64,000 nucleotides of DNA from Verrucomicrobiota bacterium (GTDB lineage Bacteria; Verrucomicrobiota; Verrucomicrobiia; Limisphaerales; UBA1100), in assembly GCA_028343615.1 (NCBI GenBank), contig JAOLZA010000006.1, forward strand, positions 245 to 64,244. Direction: 5' to 3'. This document shows positions 61,438 through 64,000 of this stretch, one piece after another. How positions within the stretch are numbered: the first letter of the stretch is position 1; every line of letters begins with the position of its first letter. The translations under genes and the position numbers were made by a program. The notes under the pieces were generated by a model. That model was not told the origin of the DNA and did no database searches. It saw only the letters and a program-made list of their open reading frames with translations.

Positions 61438-64000
61438 GGTTTGACTTTTCGGCATTCGTAGCAGTTGTTAAGTGCGTGCGCCTTCTCGAGGGCGCGAAGA
61501 AAAAAAGCTGAACGCGCAGCAACACCGGCGTTTTCTTTTCCGTCCTTCTTGCGGGCCTTTGCGAGAAGCGCCGTGCGCTCGCCGGCAAGTGCCTTGGCGC
61601 GGGCGGGGGCTTTGGAGCGGGCGTAGTATTGTTTACCTTCGATCCACGTTTGTTCGCAGAGGGCTTGGGTGGAGAGCGGGTGACCGTTCCATAGGACAAA
61701 GTCTGCGTCCTTGCCAATTTCGAGTGAGCCGACCCATTGATCGATGTGGAGTTGTTTGGCGGGGTTGAGCGTCACAAACTTCAGCGCGGCTTCTTCGCTG
61801 GTGCCACCATACTTCACGGCCTTGGCGGCTTCGAGGTTCATTCGGCGAGCGAGGTCGCTCGAATCAGAATTGAAACTCACAACCGCACCGCGCGCATGCA
61901 TTAACGAACCGGCGTAAGGAATGGCGTCATACACCTCAAATTTGTACGCCCACCAATCGCTAAAGGCCGATGCACCCGCACCATGCGCGGCAATTTCATC
62001 AGCAATTTTATACCCCTCTAATACGTGTTGCAGTGTACCAATCTTTACTCCGAAGCGTTCCATCGTGCGCATAAAAATGAGCATCTCGTCCTGCCGATAC
62101 GAATGGCAGTGAACAAGGCGCTTCCCGTTGATGATTTCGCCGATGGCTTCGAGTTCAAGATTGCGGCGTATGGGCGCAACGTCCTCGCGCAGTTGATCGG
62201 AAAGATATTGGCGAGCGGCGGTGAAGCGATTGTTGAAAAACGTCTTCACGCCCATTCGCGTTTGCGGAAAGCGCGTGGTTTTATCGTCGCCCCAGTTAGA
62301 TTGCTTCACGTTTTCCCCAAGGGCAAACTTGATGCCGGATGGAGCTTTGGTAAATTTCATGTCATCCGGCGGCGCGCCATGGCGAAGCTTGATCACTTGG
62401 TTTTGCCCGCCAATGGGATTAGCCGATCCGTGTAACAGATTTGCGGTCGTAAGCCCGCCGGCGAGTTGGCGGAAAATGTTTTCTGTCTCGGAATTGACCA
62501 CATCCCCAATGCGTACCATTGCGCTGGAGGGCAGGGTGCCTTCGTTCACGCCTCCGAGAATCATGCTGTGGCTATGGCAATCGATGAGGCCGGGCGTAAC
62601 GTGCATCCCCTTCGCATTAACCACAATGCCGTCGAAGGATTCCGGTGGGTTAAGATTGCGCCCCACCTCAACAAATCGACCATTGGCGATGCGAATGGAG
62701 CCATTGGTGATCACGCCCTCCGGTCCGCACGTCCAAATTGTGGCGTTTTGTATAATCACATTCTTCGGCGAGAGCAATGGCCCGCGAAAAGCGTCAGGTG
62801 ATTGCGCAATGCGCGGAGCGGGTTTGGAGTCTTTCTTTTTCTTTCCATCCTTTCCATCATTGTCAGATTTCTCAGGCGCGGGGTTATCGTTTGCGAAATG
62901 GCGACCTTCAATCCAGACAGAATCGATTTCATTTTCAGGGTCAAACCAACCACTTCCATCAACAATGGTTAAGTTGGCGAGCTTGCCTTTTTCGATGGTG
63001 CCGATTTGTTTTTCAGCGCCCATCATTCGCGCCGGTTCAGTGGTGAGCGCTGCGAGAGCTTCGTCTTCCTTAAGGCCGCGTTCGATGGCGCGCGCGATGT
63101 TTTTGCGAAACATCTTACGATCGCTCAGGCCATGGGTGGTGAGGGCGATAGCATGGTCGCGCTGGAGCATAGCGGGGATCTCCGGAGCCCAATCCCATCC
63201 TCGCAGTTGGTCGAGTGACACTTGATTCCAATCATCTTCCTCGGGCAACTCGGGGATCGCCGGGAACACCACTGGCACGATGAAGGGTGCTTTGATTTGT
63301 TTCATCAATTGCGGTCTTCGCCATTCCTGGCCGGTAGCGACGAGGATAGGATTGAAGCCCAGCTCCGCAGCGAGCACTTGCGCGCGGTTTAGCATTAGCA
63401 CGCTGCCTGACTCGATAACGATGTGCTGCTGGCCTGTCTTCGCCAGCACTGGGCGCAGGGCTTCGAGCGAGGGATTGTATTCGGGGCGCGCATCGGTTGG
63501 GTGCGCTTTGTGCCACGCTTGCATCGCGTAATAATGCCGCGCATCAAAAACCGTTTGGCGAATGACCGCGATCACACCCATCAGCGAGTTGGGGTAGCCT
63601 TCCGTGCGTTTGGCGGTGCTGGCAAACGCAAGATGCTGCACGGTGTCCGGCCGCAGAACCAGTTGGTTGGGGTTCCCATCGCCGAGCAATGCTAGCGTGC
63701 CCGTACCGCGATAAATGCCCTCGGTAGGAATCACGTTGGCGGCGGTGAAGCCCAACGCGCGCAGGGCGACCAGCTCTTTGGCGTCGGGCGAAAACTGTGC
63801 AGCCACGCGGTGCTCCGGGCGCACGCCGGCTATTTCGTGGCCGGGCCCTTTACGGCCCATATCACTTTTGGTGGTGGGCACCCCGGTAAAACTCACCCCC
63901 GCGCGAGCGTCGATGGGGACCGTCCAGCGATTGGAAACCGGCTTGCCCTTCTCATCACCCAGCGAAAGATAGGGGTCAATGAAACCGGCGTAAATGGTTT
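61434..64000 (-). CDS. Tandem amidohydrolase-domain protein (5' end outside window)
   Basis: Frame stays open to window end (TIYAGFIDPYL...); second domain has PGLIDCHSH, KFALGEN, HCHSY, QHVLE, NSDS. Confidence 0.88.
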   Translation of the reverse strand, partial: TIYAGFIDPYLSLGDEKGKPVSNRWTVPIDARAGVSFTGVPTTKSDMGRKGPGHEIAGVRPEHRVAAQFSPDAKELVALRALGFTAANVIPTEGIYRGTGTLALLGDGNPNQLVLRPDTVQHLAFASTAKRTEGYPNSLMGVIAVIRQTVFDARHYYAMQAWHKAHPTDARPEYNPSLEALRPVLAKTGQQHIVIESGSVLMLNRAQVLAAELGFNPILVATGQEWRRPQLMKQIKAPFIVPVVFPAIPELPEEDDWNQVSLDQLRGWDWAPEIPAMLQRDHAIALTTHGLSDRKMFRKNIARAIERGLKEDEALAALTTEPARMMGAEKQIGTIEKGKLANLTIVDGSGWFDPENEIDSVWIEGRHFANDNPAPEKSDNDGKDGKKKKDSKPAPRIAQSPDAFRGPLLSPKNVIIQNATIWTCGPEGVITNGSIRIANGRFVEVGRNLNPPESFDGIVVNAKGMHVTPGLIDCHSHSMILGGVNEGTLPSSAMVRIGDVVNSETENIFRQLAGGLTTANLLHGSANPIGGQNQVIKLRHGAPPDDMKFTKAPSGIKFALGENVKQSNWGDDKTTRFPQTRMGVKTFFNNRFTAARQYLSDQLREDVAPIRRNLELEAIGEIINGKRLVHCHSYRQDEMLIFMRTMERFGVKIGTLQHVLEGYKIADEIAAHGAGASAFSDWWAYKFEVYDAIPYAGSLMHARGAVVSFNSDSSDLARRMNLEAAKAVKYGGTSEEAALKFVTLNPAKQLHIDQWVGSLEIGKDADFVLWNGHPLSTQALCEQTWIEGKQYYARSKAPARAKALAGERTALLAKARKKDGKENAGVAARSAFFLRALEKAHALNNCYECRKVKP

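Overview
A gene-dense, roughly 50% GC bacterial chromosomal segment. It is inferred to be Verrucomicrobiota-like from the gene families, the scattered his/trp genes and TTGCCA-N16-18-TAnnnT promoters with very short leaders. Most of it is housekeeping: manC (partial), trpA, coaX, birA, nadC, msrP, nnr, adk, fmt, a TetR-OMF-MFP-RND efflux operon, an MFS transporter, folB, proS, tgt-yajC-secDF-terC-recJ-ispD, an S41 protease, tsaD, an aspartate aminotransferase, cysK, rho, a WYL regulator, smc, trxB, hisB, an ECF sigma/anti-sigma pair, gyrBA, glgP, rlmN, hisH, sodA and two amidohydrolase-fold genes. The outstanding feature is a ~1.07 kb non-coding, densely base-paired element (~36510-37586). It has many GNRA/UUCG-capped hairpins, long-range stems, internally repeated modules, a likely promoter and a strong intrinsic terminator, so it is a candidate giant structured ncRNA. 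Its promoter region carries DnaA-box-like and NrdR-box-like sites also seen upstream of smc and gyrB, and a short Rho plus an HTH-WYL regulator follow it. Other oddities are a TerC with an EF-hand pair in the yajC-secDF operon, an MFS transporter with a lipoyl-like domain in a periplasmic loop, an unannotated 31-aa basic ORF, and an S8 protease with an STN/secretin-N0-like domain. I saw no CRISPR array, tRNA, rRNA or mobile element. All structure and motif calls were made by eye.
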